Positions 1 to 14,588 of a stretch of 64,000 nt of DNA are shown here, in pieces. The stretch is from positions 13,206,001 through 13,270,000 of the forward strand of contig CP075497.1 in NCBI GenBank assembly GCA_021613535.1. The letters are read 5' to 3'. Positions within the stretch are counted from its first letter, which is position 1; each line of letters starts with the position of its first letter. Under the pieces are notes generated by a model. It saw only the letters and a list, made by a program, of their open reading frames with translations, was not told the origin of the DNA and searched no databases. Source of the stretch: Adineta vaga. Its lineage: Eukaryota; Animalia; Rotifera. Made by a program: the position numbers and the translations under genes.

Positions 1-212
1 GATGTTGAATTATAAAGAACACGACATGAAGAACCGTTAGCATGTGGAAAGTATTCGACATACCAAACTAAAAATAAATTGTCAACACTAACCAAGAATC
101 GATCATTTAACGCAATTTTTATTCCATAAAGATCATAATCTGTAGATACTTTCGTGTACATCAATACCGAAGGAATCCATAAAAACATAAGAATAATTTT
201 CTCAAACGACAT
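1..212 (-). CDS. 5' part of a probable secreted protein (runs off the window edge)
   Basis: ATG at 212 on the minus strand; open frame MSFEKIILMFLWIPSVLMYTKVSTDYDLYGIKIALNDRFLVSVDN... to the edge; hydrophobic N-terminus. Confidence 0.5.
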   Translation of the reverse strand, partial: MSFEKIILMFLWIPSVLMYTKVSTDYDLYGIKIALNDRFLVSVDNLFLVWYVEYFPHANGSSCRVLYNST

Positions 213-819
213 TGTACAATTTTAATATTTTTAAAATGATCGATATTCTTCCGTTTTCATCGAGTATAATATAATATTAACTATAACGGAAATATTCTGT
301 ATGTCATTTTTTTTGTTCATTTTGATGCATTCAGGAAATATACTTTTGATTAGAAAAAACACTTTCATTAATTGATTGTAATATAAATTATAGTGTTGTA
401 CATTTTGGGGGTGTGAATGCGGGTGAAGAAGTGATACATTGACCCACACGCTCAAGATACTATCTATGAATGGGTGTGGGTATAGATGTAAGTATCGGCT
501 CTACACCCACACCCACACCCACCATCAATTTTCTGTTATCAAATGGTTTTGTCATCATTTTTATTTTCATTTCTGTTATTATAATAAAAATAAACAGATG
601 AAGCTTTTCTTTCATATTTTCTTGTTTTATAAGTACACGAGACAATACTAAGACAATTTTCGTATGCTTCAAGATAAGAACAAAACAAAGGAAAGAAAAT
701 TTATATAAAAGCATGGTTGCAAAAGTTTCAACGTCAATATAAGACTGTATGTTTGTGCAATGCTTGCAGATTAGAAAAGAATAATTTTATTCTGAATTGT
801 TTACAATCGTTCGGTTCGA

Positions 820-3027
820 ATGAATTCATCGAGTGACATGGTCGATAGTGTGCAACAAACTAAAAATTCGTAAGTAGTTTTTTTTTATTCAAAATATAAG
901 TTTTGTTTTAGTTTTTTTGAAAATTATCATGATATAGAATATATTGGAGAAGGTGCTTTTGGATATGTTTGTAAAGCACGAACTAAAATTGAATGTATTG
1001 CTGTTGCTGTCAAATGTATTCCGTTGAAACGGTAAGAAAAGAAAGTACTTAGTAGTTTTTCCATTACAGTTTAGAATTGAGACGCTATGATGTATGAAAA
1101 TATTAGATGTATTTGAACGATTTGTTGACATTTAAACTCACCTAAGAAGAGTCATTGGAAGGAAGTTTAATTCTCCTGATTTCAATAAGAAGAATAAGAG
1201 CATTTATGATGTACATTTTTTCTTATGTAGACAAAAAATAGATAAGTCCGTTTATGTGATATATTTTATGCAATCTCTAGTTATTTGTTAGGTACGATTA
1301 AGAAATTGTTGTTTTTAACAACTTATTTTTAGAGAAAAAAGCAAGAAATCAGCAGAAACCGAAGCGTCTATGCTACGTTCGTTCAAACATAAGAATATAG
1401 TTGGATATATAGATGTTCTGTATGAGAACGCTCCTAAAGATTGGCAAGAACAACAAGAAATGAAACATGGTCTTCGATCACAAGAAAATACTGATGCATC
1501 CGAGTCGACTAGTCGTTACTCGACTGATACCAGAGAAGATAAACTGGATGATGTTGTGGTATTTGTACACGACGACAATGATATGAACGAAGAAGTGGAC
1601 GATTTATCTAGTACGTTTGGAAAATCTAGCAACACATCATCAGATGCTGATGAAGAACAACAAAAGGTAAAACTTTTTGCTAGTCTGTGTAAATTATCTC
1701 TGTTTTACACAATAATCTAGATTTCTCATTTCGTTTTCTAAGGAGCCCATAGAATCTAATGTCGAACGAAAGCCTGTGGCATATATTATAATGGAATTAT
1801 GCAAATCAGAGACATTAAAAGATCGCTTAGTTCCAGAATATCTTATGAACAATGGCTTAGAACGAATAGAAGCACTTCGTATCTTCTCCCAAATAGTGGA
1901 GGGTATAATCTATTTGCACGAGAAAAGGCTGGTAAGTTAGCTGGAAAATATCAATTATCCTTTTTATATGTAAGCTATTTATATAACTAGATACATCGAG
2001 ATTTAAAACCAGACAATATATTCTTTTCATTGGATAAAGCTGATACTGTGAAGATAGGAGATTTTGGTTTAGTTAGACGGGAAATTGTGGAAGAATCAAA
2101 CGCGAATGACAATTCTACGAAAATTACCTATTCAACAGGAACAGAATCGTATATGGCTCCAGAGCAAAAGTTGAGTGACAATAGAAAGTTGTTAACGAGA
2201 AAAGTGGATATCTATGCAATGGGCATTATTCTTTTTGAGTTGCTGTACCAATGCTTAACAGGTTCTGAAAGAATAAAGGTACTCGATAATTTACGTTTAA
2301 ATCAACCGAAATTTCCGACAGATGTAGAAACTAAGATTGGAAACGAAGCAAAAGAAGTGAGTAATGTTCTCAGCTATTATTTGTCAGTTACTTGGCATAA
2401 ATTGCTGATATAATCCTGTTGTTTGTAGCTTATTCTTCAATCGATACATCACAGATGGGATAGTCGTCCAACTGCCTTACAAATAAGAAATCAGCTATCT
2501 AGTTTAAATTCAAGTGATTGCAAATTTTCGAACTTGAGTAAGAATTTATTCTAAATAGAAAGTTTTACTTATATGAGTTGACATCTCATTGTTTAGATAT
2601 AACGAAAGATACATATTCATTCTTTTTAGATTATGATATCAAAAGTACTCGTACGACTGATAGAAAAGTAACAACGTACGTAACTACAAGTATTTGGAAA
2701 AATGTTGATGGTCACTTACAAGAAATAATTGAAAGCCATGTGGATAATGTAGATGATTGGAAGCCAAAACGAATGCAAAATATGAACGTAGTCGTTCTAT
2801 ACGCGCATCGTCATGAAATTGTAGCCTTCTATAATCGAAGTACTATGGAACGGTTTATCATTGGTGCATTTTCCCATAAAGATCACGAACACATGCATGG
2901 TCGTGTATTGATAAATATTCAGCATCATATCGACATCTTCCGAAAACAAAATCCTAATTTAGTAGACACGGATAATGTTGATATTATGAAGCAAACGTCA
3001 TCTAAATGGCAAATTGTATTTAAGTAA
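820..3027 (+). CDS. eIF2-alpha kinase-like (PKR/PERK/HRI-type) Ser/Thr kinase with an extra C-terminal domain, multi-exon
   Basis: Spliced motifs IGEGAFGYV, VAVK, HKNIVGY, long acidic insert, YIIMELC, IHRDLKPDNI, KIGDFGL, GTESYMAPEQ, DIYAMGIILFELL; GT-AG introns join the ORFs in frame. Confidence 0.85.
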
Positions 3028-3285
3028 CAGATAATACTTATAATTCTTCACGTTTTTTTAATCACGATTGGAAAAAATATAGCAACATTGATAATCTTTG
3101 TAGTGATTCTATTGAACGTGTAGATGTGAGGGTGGGGACGAGCATTAACTAAGCTGCTCATATTTCTGTTAAATATAATTTTATGGAAAAATCATTTTAA
3201 GTCAGTTATTTCTTTGGTTTAGTAGTTGTGTTAAAATCCGAAGCTGCTTCACTCTTCTGCTCTCCACACGATGCTCTTCACATTC

Positions 3286-3737
3286 TTATAATTCAAGTTC
3301 GATTGTAATTCCTTTGTTAACTGTCTTATCCAATCTCCTGATGCATCGAATTCGAAATGCTGAGAACGGTAGTATTAGAACTTCGCATTCATCTGGAATT
3401 TCTGATATCTGTTCGATGTTAAGAGCAGTTCCGAGATTTTTTATCACATATGTACAAATTGCTGGTATTTGATTAATCTCATTTTGTGATGCCGGAATAA
3501 GCTCAGGTATTTCTTCACCTCCAGCATAAATTTCCGCTACATTCCGTTCTTTTGATGTCGAAACAAACGAGATATTCATAAGCTTTGATCCAACAACATA
3601 TTTTGAGGAATCACTTTCTTGTAATAACATTCCACGATAGGTTTTACCACAATAATTATATTTGTCCAATTCAGAATCATGCATAAGAAGTGATATAAGA
3701 TCAATAATGGATGTAACGATTTCATAATTAGTAGATT
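3286..3737 (-). pseudogene. 5'-truncated NAD:arginine-type (R-S-E) ADP-ribosyltransferase domain
   Basis: TYRG...FVSTS...DECEVL motifs; the frame extends upstream to about 3737, where it abuts a TGTGGG fold-back repeat; no proper N-terminus seen. Confidence 0.65.
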
Positions 3738-4082
3738 CTTGAGGATGTGGGTGAAGAAGATATACCCACAGACACCTACACCCTCAAATAATCATTAAAA
3801 TTATCGAACATATCTACATCTACACTCTCGGTATTATAAAATAAAAATAGATCAATTAGAATACATTATATACTGCTCAAACTTTGAAATGATATTGTTT
3901 TTTAGAATATTAAATGCTAATGTGTTTCCATAAATAGTTCTTTTTTTTAAAATTTTTTATACGCAAAACAATTGATGAGACGACAGTGAGATGACACTCT
4001 TCCACTGATAGAATCAAAAGAGCGATGCATCATAATAATTGATATATTTCAGATGCTTTTTTATTTTAGTAGACTGAGTAAA

Positions 4083-5604
4083 ATGAATATTTCAATACAA
4101 TTATTTATTAATATCATTATAATTTCGTATATTGAATCGATTTATCAATCAACTGTGATTTTTAGTTCACTAGGAAGTGAATTTCAATCAGAAAATAATC
4201 TTGATCTTTTTCTTTCAAAAACAGTTTCGAAAAGAATCTTATGTATTGCTCTTTGTAATCAACATCGATTGTGTTATACATTTGATTTTGATTTCATATC
4301 TGGTCGATGTCGATTATTTGAAAGTAATCTTAGAACAGGTTCAATTATCGTATCATCTTCATCATCATCGATTGTTGGTATTATTAAATTAACATCGAAT
4401 TTATATCAATCAATACATGATCAATCTTGTCAGATATGTGAACACAATCGATATGAAATATGTTCATCAATAAAAAATACTTGTCAATGTCCATTACACA
4501 CATTTTGGAATGGTTCAATATGTTTATTACAATTGTATGAAAATAGAACATGTTTACAAATCGATGGTTGTCGAAAAGATTTCAATTTAACTTGTTCAAT
4601 GGATGTTTATGGAAAATTTCTTCAATGTTCGACAGGTATGAGAAATTCTTCAAGAAGTATCTTATTGTTTTCTCTTTCATCTCGATCGTCTAGTATCACC
4701 ATCAGCACTTCCATTTGGTGTTACAGTAGTTGGATTATATAATGGAACATCAAATGATAATGATACGATATTATCTGGACCGAGAGGTATCGCTTTTTCT
4801 AACAATGGTTCATTATATGTTACTGATGCAACTTATAAAGTGATTCGTTTTCCACAAAATAGTCGCATTGGTCAAACAGTAATGACATATCTTAGCAATC
4901 CTGCAATGATTACTTTTGATCAGACATTATCCAATTTTTATGTATCTATACCGTATAATGCTCTTGTGCAGATGTGGCCTTCAAATAATACAATACCACC
5001 AAATCCTGGGACTGCAAGTTGTACGACGGATTTATTATATTTTACGATTGGTGTTGCAGTAGATAGTTTAGGTAATGTATATATTGCCAGTACTCTTTGC
5101 AATTGGGTTACTAAATGGTCACTAAATGCAACCAATGGAACATTAGTAGCTGGTTTATCAACAGCAAATGCAGGTAATGATAATTGGTCGTTAAATTGGC
5201 CATTTGGTCTCTTTCTTGATGAATTAAATGAAAACCTCTATATTGCTGATTATTCGAATCATCGTGTACAAAAAGTTATATTAAATGGTTCAGGATATGG
5301 AGTTACTGTTGCTGGTGGAAATGGTGCCGGTGTAGCAGCTAATCAACTCAATAGTCCAACAAGTATTATTGCTTCGCGTTACGATGGAGCAATCTATATT
5401 GCTGACAGAAATAATAATCGTATACAGAAATGGTTAGTCAATGCAACGTTTGGTATTACTATAGCTGACAGTCCAAGCGGTATAGCTGGTAATACACCGT
5501 ATTTATTGAATTGGCCTTTTGATATCAAATTGGCATGTAATGAAGAATGTTTGTATGTATCCGATAATCGAAACAATCGTATTCAACGATTTTATCTTCA
5601 ATAA
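4083..5604 (+). CDS. Secreted PAN/apple + Cys-rich + NHL-repeat beta-propeller protein (intron 4636-4693)
   Basis: Signal peptide; CIALCNQHRLCYTFDF apple motif; Cys-rich segment; NHL repeats LYIADYSNHRVQK, IYIADRNNNRIQKW, LYVSDNRNNRIQRF. Confidence 0.85.
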
Positions 5605-6984
5605 TAAAAACGATTGTTCTTTACATATATATTTGTTTTCGTAAATATTTACTTTCAATTGTATGAATAAAAGAAATCAGTACAAAATCATATGTGATTA
5701 CTTTATACACAGTTTGATAATTTAAGAACCTTTAATCATTATATAAATTATATATTTATCATATAGATGAATAACGCAGTTATACTTTTATGTTGAGATC
5801 TTTTAATAAATCAATATATTTGATGAAGAGTGAGTGTTAGTATCGATTCTTTATTCCAACCCACACCCTATAATGTTGATTTTCTCTTGTTACATTAACC
5901 ATATTTTGTTTTTCTAATAAATGATATAATGAACGACAATATTTAGAGAAATTTATTTTATAGCTAATAAAAATTAACTGTTAAAAATCTTTCCGGATTC
6001 AAAAAAAAGTAACTTTTATAATTTATGAACCATAGCATATCTATTCTGAAGTTGTATAGTGCAACAAATCAAAGAAATGGATTATCTATTAAACAATTTC
6101 GCTTTTGAAAAGTCGATTATAAAGAAATTGTATTTGAGTGAATAACAGATTATTTAGAATAAGCACTGCGTAGAAACTGTAAAATAGATACTAACTTTGT
6201 TAATAAATGACTATATAGATCCGTTTTTGATATTTATAACAGCGAGTTAAAAAGGAAATCCATATGTTTAGTATTTACAAAATATATATATAAAAACAAG
6301 TCAAATAAAAATGCTACCACTTCATTAATGCAAAATTTCTGATTATGTTCATCTTACGTGCTTTTTTTATTTCAATCTGGTTTTTCTTAGAGAATACTCG
6401 TCAATTACTTCTGCAATATTAAAAATAACATCGATTTGATATTTTAGTAAATTTTCGACAAGATTTCTATTTGTATCGCATCGATAGATATTTGATGATC
6501 GAAGTATGCTTCTTCTTCATTATTTAAATTTCGTTTTAAATTATAAACAATTGCAATACATTGGTTTAAAAAATCCATAAATTGATAATATCTGGAAATT
6601 GGAAATATTGTTTTTGAGACAAAAGAAAAGAATAAAACATATGAAAAGAGTCTTTCTCTAATCAATATGTGTAGACTTGTGCAAACATCGAACTTGCCCA
6701 TGTTTGGAACGATATTGTGTATTGTCATTATATGGAACATCTGTACATGACATCATCACATATCTTCTTTCGTTCTGTTCTTTTATATGTTCATGACGTC
6801 ATGTAATCATACTTTTTTTTTAAATTTCCCATACAAGGACAATATGTGTGATTTAAAATAGAAGGGAAAAAAGCTCACAGTCAAGTTCATATCATGAAGA
6901 AAGAAAAGAAAAAAACGAAAGAAGCGTGTTATCTATCTATATATATATATATCTGATCATAACACAGTAAGAGACATTTTCGTC

Positions 6985-7775
6985 ATGCAAACACTTTCAA
7001 TCGCTCTTTCAGCCTTCACTATCGGTGTTTTTACCGTTTTAATCATCTTAACACTGTATTCAACATTTCAACCGTCAGAAAATCGACAAATTTTGACCGA
7101 TGATGATGCATCGACTAACAAATACGCGAGATTCGCATATATTTTTTCAAACTTTTGGAATCCTTCAACGATGACCACTAGTAGTGTTGTTTCTAGTACA
7201 GCAGAAAGAACAACTGAATCTTCAAAAATTGAAACAGGTTAGAAAAATTAATTGCGTTCAATAAAGTGATATATTATGTTTTTGTTTATAGCTACATTTA
7301 TTTCTAGATGATAAAATTCATGGAACTCTTGATGGTGGTATACCATTTGATGATTTTCTTGATCACAAAATGACACCTTGTATCGGCGTTGAAGCCTTTT
7401 GGCATTTAGATCATCGTTTTTTTTCTCTACGCTGAAAATAACTCATCTAATTCTACTCTGTATCATGGACATACAAAAGAAGAAGGCTTTTCAATTTTAA
7501 ATGAAACATTTATGATGATAGAAGGAGAAAGAATTAACAAAGTGATTTCATATATTGGAACAAGAAATAGATGGTGGTATAATGATAAAATGGTTCGTTT
7601 TATAGTGAGTATTCAATTCTTTATAACTAGTGGACGATCAAATAGAGTTTACGGATCTGAAAAAGGAGAAATGCTTACTGAATCATATGAGGGTTTTACT
7701 ATTGATTATGCAAAAGGAAGATCAGGTGTTCTACTTGATCAACTTCAAATAGTTTGTAATAATCAAGGTATGTAA
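6985..7775 (+). pseudogene. Membrane-anchored jacalin-like lectin, apparently frameshifted
   Basis: N-terminal TM and Ser/Thr stalk; GTLDGGIPFDD and AKGRSGVLLDQLQIV jacalin-like motifs; frame break near the T-run at about 7417-7435. Confidence 0.5.
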
Positions 7776-9490
7776 ATAAAACGATTTCTTTTGTATAATA
7801 GAATGTTTTTTATTGATTTATTTAGTAAATCATCAAAGTAGATGAAGGAAAATACTTCGCAGCACAATGTTCTGCTTTACCAGAATCATCATCACTCGTC
7901 ATTCTCTCGGCTATTTATCAAATAGAAATTTATTCTCTTTCCAAATCAGTAGATGTAACTGATGCTTTTCGGACACAATGCGGTAAAGGTAAATCTGGTA
8001 GATTTAAAATCGCTAGCCATACTTTAACCAAATATATATGTTCAAAATGCTTGAAAAAACTTATAGTGACATATACATGTAGCAATCAACAAAGTAAATA
8101 ACAATTTTAACCTTACATACATCTATTTAAGTAACTTTCTTTTAGATATTTTTGGTTTGATTCAATGAAATATTGACTCTTGGATTGATAATATTGACAT
8201 AAGTAAGTTTATTTTTGATTTCCTTGATTTTATACTGTTCTTTTTTTCTTTCTTTAGATGATAGAAAGAATATTCCAGATATTGAATCCATAGAAATGTG
8301 TGGAAAGCATTGTATATGATAAGAATCACAACTGTTATCTCAAACGTACGATGAAATTAAGCGACAAAGCAAATGGTACACAAGTAATGGCTGTAGTTAA
8401 TCGTGATCGATATTGATGAACTATATTGTTTCTTATGAAACGAGACAATACGATTTCTTTTTTTGAAAGCAAATATATAGATTAGTGTTTCATAAATTGC
8501 GACAGAGATATCCAAATGATCCGTTACATCATAGAGTAAATAACTTATTTGAGAATATTTCAAAATCAATAAATGTGATGATGTTCGGTATACAATCATA
8601 AAGCATATTGTTACTTTGAAGATCATGATGAACAAGAGAAATATTGATATCTGATTTTAAGAATAAAAGTTCTACAAGAAAATTTATTGAATTTTATGAT
8701 AGATCATTTACATATTATCATGATAAATGTGAAAGCTTATTTCTCTATAAGTGAAAGTAAAGTGATGAAATATAGAAATAAAACAAGATCTTTTGTGTCC
8801 TTGTTCGTCAGTACGAAGGTAAAAATAGTGGTAAGTGTGCGTTTAAAATACAGATGCAACTAATAAGTGCAATTAAATTCTTATGAAACAGATGAGTCCT
8901 TTATAGAGAATAAATAAAAACAAGTCCTAGTAGTCTCTCAACTAAATCAACAATGCGTTGTTGTTAGACTCTTTGTGAGAAATGAAAAAAAATACATTTA
9001 ATAACGTATAACATTTGACAAACAACATGTTAATCATTTAAAATGCTTGGTGATATAGGAAACAGTCATTGCACTAGCATTATTACTTTAAACACATATA
9101 AGATCATGAACACTAATATTTGAATAAGAGGATGAAACTTCTGTTGCTTTTTCTCCGTAATGAATATGAAAAATATCAAAATGAAATATTGAGCATGGTT
9201 TTAGATAATATGATGAAAGAAATAACAGTTTTTGATTATCCTAATATGAAAATTACTTCGAATATTACTCTCGAAACATAGAAAAACAAAACTATTTTTC
9301 TGTAAAAAGTTTATTGCGTTCAAGAGGAAAGTCACACATGAAGAATAAAATAATACCTTGGTGAACACTTTTCTAATAAGGCATCATATGAATGACTTTT
9401 ATGATGCTGATAGAATGAAAAAGAAAAAGAAAAGCTAAATTATTACTTTGCATTCCATAATTATTTTGATTCATTTTCTTTTCTTCAACG

Positions 9491-11204
9491 ATGGCAGTTG
9501 CATATATGGTTTGCATACAAAAATTGACATTATTTGTAATGTATCTCGTTGCACAATCCGTATTAGGAGATATGCGATCATTTACACTATCTTTAATGGA
9601 AGGATCACGGTTTCAATGTGCCGGAACAACATGTCCACCTTTTGCGACTTTTAGTACTCTAAACATTCGTTTATGTCAAACAAGTTGTCTGAATTCTATT
9701 CAATGTAAAGCAATTACTTTTCATCAATCAACCTCGAGATGTGACTTATTCAATGAAATATTGAATTCAAATGGAACCATGTTAGTTGATATAAATACTG
9801 TTACTCTAATTGTTATTACTGGAACACGTATACCTGCTGGTTAGTAATTTGTTTTTTTTTGTCCAACAGAGAAAAATTGTTTAGGAATAATTTGTGAGTG
9901 AGACATCTGATATTATAAAAGTAATAGTATGTACTAGTTTGAAAAAGAAAAGATATGATTGGAGATTGAAAAAACACTTTTACCAATTCTATATAGAGGA
10001 TCTTTTTTTTTGTTGATTAGAACTGACGACCACATCGACTACAACATCGACAACATCCTCTTCATCAACATCAACAACTACAACAGGTTAATATCCTAAT
10101 CAGGGCATAGATTAAACGTATAGATTTAAAAAACTCTCATTGTTAATTAATCTTTTATTTTATTTTATAGCTTGTAGCAACATATTTCTTAGTCAAGTTA
10201 TTTACTCAGCTGCTTCTCATCCAAACATGATTACATTAGCAGACGTGAATAATGATAAGAAACCAGATATACTAGCTTCGCACTACGATGGTGGTTGCGT
10301 GAGTGTACGTTTTAACAATGGAAATGGAACCTTTGGCAATCAAACTCTTTATAATTTTGGTACTCTGTTAGGATCACTTGTAGTAACCGATGTTAATTCT
10401 GATGATAATTCAGATATTGTTATTTCATATTTTACTGCAAACAATGTTGGTGTTCTTCTTAACAAAGGTAATGGAACATTTTTTTCTGCAGTTAATTATG
10501 CAGTTAATACTAATCCTCGAACAGTAATAGTTTCTGACGTAAATAACGACAATAAGCCTGACATAATTGTAGCAAATCAAGCTTCAAATAACATAGGTAT
10601 TCTTTTGAACATGGGCAATGGCACGTTTCTTCCTCAAACTATCTATAACGTTTGTAGTAATCCATATGGATTAGTAGCAAGCGATGTTAATTCTGATAAT
10701 AAATCAGATATTATTGTTGCATGTTATGTCGCGAACAAAATTAGTGTTCTTTTAAATTCGGGAAATGGAACATTTCTTAATGAAACAACTTATGCAACAG
10801 GCACTAGTCCCGTATTATTGTCAGTGGCCGACATAAATGATGATAAAATGCCTGATATTGTTGTTCCAAACCAAAATTCTAACAGTATCAGTATTTTTTT
10901 CAACACAGGTAATGGTACATTTCTTCCTCAAATTACTTATTCTGTTGGTACGAATCCATTTGCAATAGCATTATCAGACGTAAACGGTGATTCGAAACGC
11001 GATATTCTCGTTGCACATAATGGAGAGCGCAGTGTTGTTGTACTTCTCAACATGGGTAATGGTACGTTTCTCAATCGAAGAAATTTTACAGTTGGTAGTG
11101 GCGTCATGTCAATTTCAGTCGCTGATTTGAATGGCGATAATCAACCAGATATCGCCGTCAATAATTATTATGATAATAATCTTAGTGTACTCTTACATTG
11201 TTAA
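9491..11204 (+). CDS. Secreted PAN/apple + Thr-rich linker + FG-GAP/VCBS repeat protein (exons 9491-9839, 10021-10086, 10171-11204)
   Basis: CQTSCLNSIQCKAITF apple motif; seven DxNxDxxxDI repeats, most followed by NxGNGTF; splice phases consistent. Confidence 0.85.
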
Positions 11205-11549
11205 AATGAATTCATTTACAAACTGATGAACAATTCGATATGAATAACTTTTCCATTTAATTTCATGTTATTTTTTTCATTTTCGAAATACATCAATTCG
11301 AATGTTATAATTTTCCTTATTTCCTTACAACTCGAGCTACATTTCTTTGTGAGATAGGATATATCGTTGAGATACTTGATTATCTCATGGAATTAATGAT
11401 CAATTATCCTACTGTCATCTTGATTCCGAATCTAACAACCTTGACTACATCCTCATAGTTCTTTAGAATTATAACATTCATGAAAAAGGAAGTTGTTAGT
11501 TATTCAGATGAATGTTTTGATGAGAATAGCTTTTTGAACATTTCTATTA

Positions 11550-13200
11550 ACTATAACTGTACGCACATGTATGAGAATTCATTCTGTTTGGCGTAGAGCT
11601 TAGCGATACTGAGATAGGTCTCAGCTAATGTTGGATTAATTTGTGTAGGGTTTTTTCATCAATTTCCAGTATTTTTTCATCAAAGTCGATTGCTTTCGAA
11701 AAGCAATTTAGACTGTCGGATACGTTGGCTAAGTTAGTGTAGTCTGCAACTATGGTTGGATGATGAGACGGAAGGCTTATTTTGTTGATTTCAAGAGCTT
11801 TTTCAAAGCGAGAAAGTCCTTTTGGATATTCACCCATCTGAATGCATATATCACCGAGAGAGTTGTTTATTGAAGCCAAAGTTAGATGAATCGGAGAAAG
11901 AACTATTTGGTAGATCTCAAGTGCTTTTGAGGAAAACATAATCGCATCTATATAGCTGTAGGCGGTCATCTTCTGGTCTCCAAGGGTTTTATAGGCAAGA
12001 TCTCTTTCTTTACCATCGGATGGTTGATCGAGTAAGCTTCTACATACTTCTTCATTTTTCTCATATTCGCCTAGTTATGTAACAGCCACGAACCCAACCG
12101 ATCCCATCCTGTTAATTTGCCCGTATCTTCTCGCAATGATACGGTCAAAGCACTGAGTTGTGTGTCATTGGCAGCCTTCAGAACAAGTTTGAGATGCCAC
12201 AATCTGTCGTTTCCATTTATTCGTTCAACATTGCCAATACGAAAAATAGCGTGCATAGAAAATAGAATTTCTTATTCTGATTTATAATGAGGGACATCTT
12301 TCAAAAAACAGCAAAAGGGGTTGTGGAAACCGTTAGATCGATCACCATTGTAAAAAATATGCCCACCAGATCGGAATTTGATAGAGCACAACGAGTAAAA
12401 TTCACTGAAACCTGCGCGCTTTTGCTAGTACACAAAAGGTTATTAAAGGACATCAATTCTTCTCTTGTCTGCATCAGTTTCATAAATTCTGTTTTGTTCG
12501 AAGTAAAGTTTTTCAATCTGTCGATGAAGATTTTTTATGAAAAAAAACCATCTTCAGAATAGTTCCCACTTCAAGATTACGTAGAGCTTGATTAAGCATC
12601 CGATAGAGAAAAGCTTCGCGGGTGTACCACCAAACAGGTGTTTGACTATGATAGTTCCGTTCAAATTCTACAATCTTGTCTAATTCATTTTGATTATTGG
12701 TGTACTGCTCACCACACCCTCAAGACGAGTTCTTTAACGACTTTTTACATAATCATGATCTATTTCCAGCAGAATCTCTTTCAATAGTTGAGTATACATA
12801 AATGTTTGATCCAAATGATTTAAACCTCGATTGGATGATGAATGTGTAGAGGGTGAGACAAAATTTATTGAAATTATATCTTGATCCCATTGTTATACAG
12901 CTTGCTCTATTGAATCACACATAACTTCAATTTTGATAAAGACATCTTTTATTTTTGACCAATAGAACCAGAAACAACAGGAAAAATATACGTGTCTTTA
13001 TTCTCATTCAAGAAACTCATACATTGATCAACACCAGTCAAGATTTTGATGTCATGAACAATTCGGTGGAGACGTTAAAGAAAATAACGAAATTCATCTT
13101 CAGTTTGATCGATATTTGCATTTAACCAGATGAGTTGAAAATTGTGCATGTTACGTTTAGCATTTGTAGATGATGACTGATTCGTTTTATCCATGATTTT
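11550..13200 (-). pseudogene. Degenerate ART + TPR protein
   Basis: Fragments FQLIWLNANID, LMSFNNLLCTS, HAIFRIGNVE, TPR-like LPSHHPTIVADYTNLA, scattered over several frames with stops. Confidence 0.75.
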
Positions 13201-13699
13201 ATGTGCTATATTATTCACCATAATATGCAATATAAATTCACAATCTGTATCGTGTTTTCCTATACAACGATGGAAATTAATCAATGATCAAGTAAATATC
13301 TGAACAAAATCATTTGTTTTAACGACAAAATAGATAGTCTACAAGTATTGTTAATCGATGATTTCGTTTTACTATTCGAATCAACAACGATTATACACAT
13401 ATTTGATTGGAAAAATGCCACTTGTGTGACTATAGATAAATCAAAACGAGTGGTAAATAAACGAAAATCGAATCTAATTTTTTGAGTTGCCTGATAAAAC
13501 CCAAGTTCAAATTCCATGTCATAAGTTTTAGTTTTATTTTTTTTAAAATAATCTTTACATCACTTGTTCTTATCGCAAGCACACCTCATCTTTTAGTTTT
13601 CTCTCTCTTTGTTGATAAGATCATACTTTTTTTTCATCTACATATAGAATAAGATAGTATCTGAAATTCTTTGATAAAACGTTTTTACCACTTACGAAA

Positions 13700-14588
13700 A
13701 TGAATCGCACAGCTTTGGTGACCGGTGCTGCACGAGGTTTAGGACGTGCAATTGCTCTTCGTCTTGCTCAAGATGGTTTCGATGTTGCTGTTAATGATAT
13801 AGAAATTAATTCTTCTGATCTTCAAAAAGTTCAACAAGAAATCGAAACAATAGGTCGAAAGTCAATTGCTATTATTGCTGACGTCGCTATAAGTGAAAAG
13901 GTCGAAGAATTGATGCAAGATGTTCTTGGAAAATTAGGAAGTCTTGATGTATACATGTTTATTTCTAATTATTCAATTTCTTTTTCTCTTTTCATTAATT
14001 CGACAGGTAGTCATTGCAAATGCAGGAATTTGCATTGTGAAATCACTTTTAGAAACAAGTGCAGACGAATGGGATAAACTTTTTGAAGTTAACATGCGTG
14101 GTGTATTTCTTTGTTATCGAGAAGCAGCAAAAGTGATGATCAAACAAGATAAAGGAGGGAAAATTATTGGTGCTTGCAGTACTGCTGGATATAAAGGATA
14201 TCCAATGATTGGTCATTATTCAGCTACGAAATGGGGTGTACGAGGTTTAACACAAGCAGCTGCTCAAGAATGAGCTCGGTATAAAATTACAGTTAATAGT
14301 TATTGTCCAGGTATGTTTTATTCTTTTTTTTTCAAATGTTTCAAATTTAGGGAATTTTCAATAGGACTTATTGATACAACGATGACCCAAACAAGTAATG
14401 AAGAGATAGCAAAACTTCGTGGATTGACAGTAGAAGAAGTTGCGGCAAATTCCGTCAAAAATATTCCACTCGGTCGTACAGGACAACCTGATGATGTTGC
14501 AAATGTTGTTTCATTCCTTGCAAGCAAGGATTCTGATTACATTACAGGTCAAAGTATTTTAATCAATGGAGGATTATATTTTTCTTAA
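13700..14588 (+). pseudogene. Short-chain dehydrogenase (acetoin/2,3-butanediol dehydrogenase-like) with an in-frame TGA at 14271-14273
   Basis: TGAARGLG, ANAGI, YSATK motifs; introns 13949-14006 and 14311-14364; frame reads AAAQE*ARYKITVNSYCPG where Trp is expected. Confidence 0.8.

Noticed and set aside
14271-14273. Selenocysteine or alternative-code TGA in the SDR
   Set aside because: The position corresponds to Trp, other genes here use TGG for Trp and TGA as stop, and no SECIS was recognised
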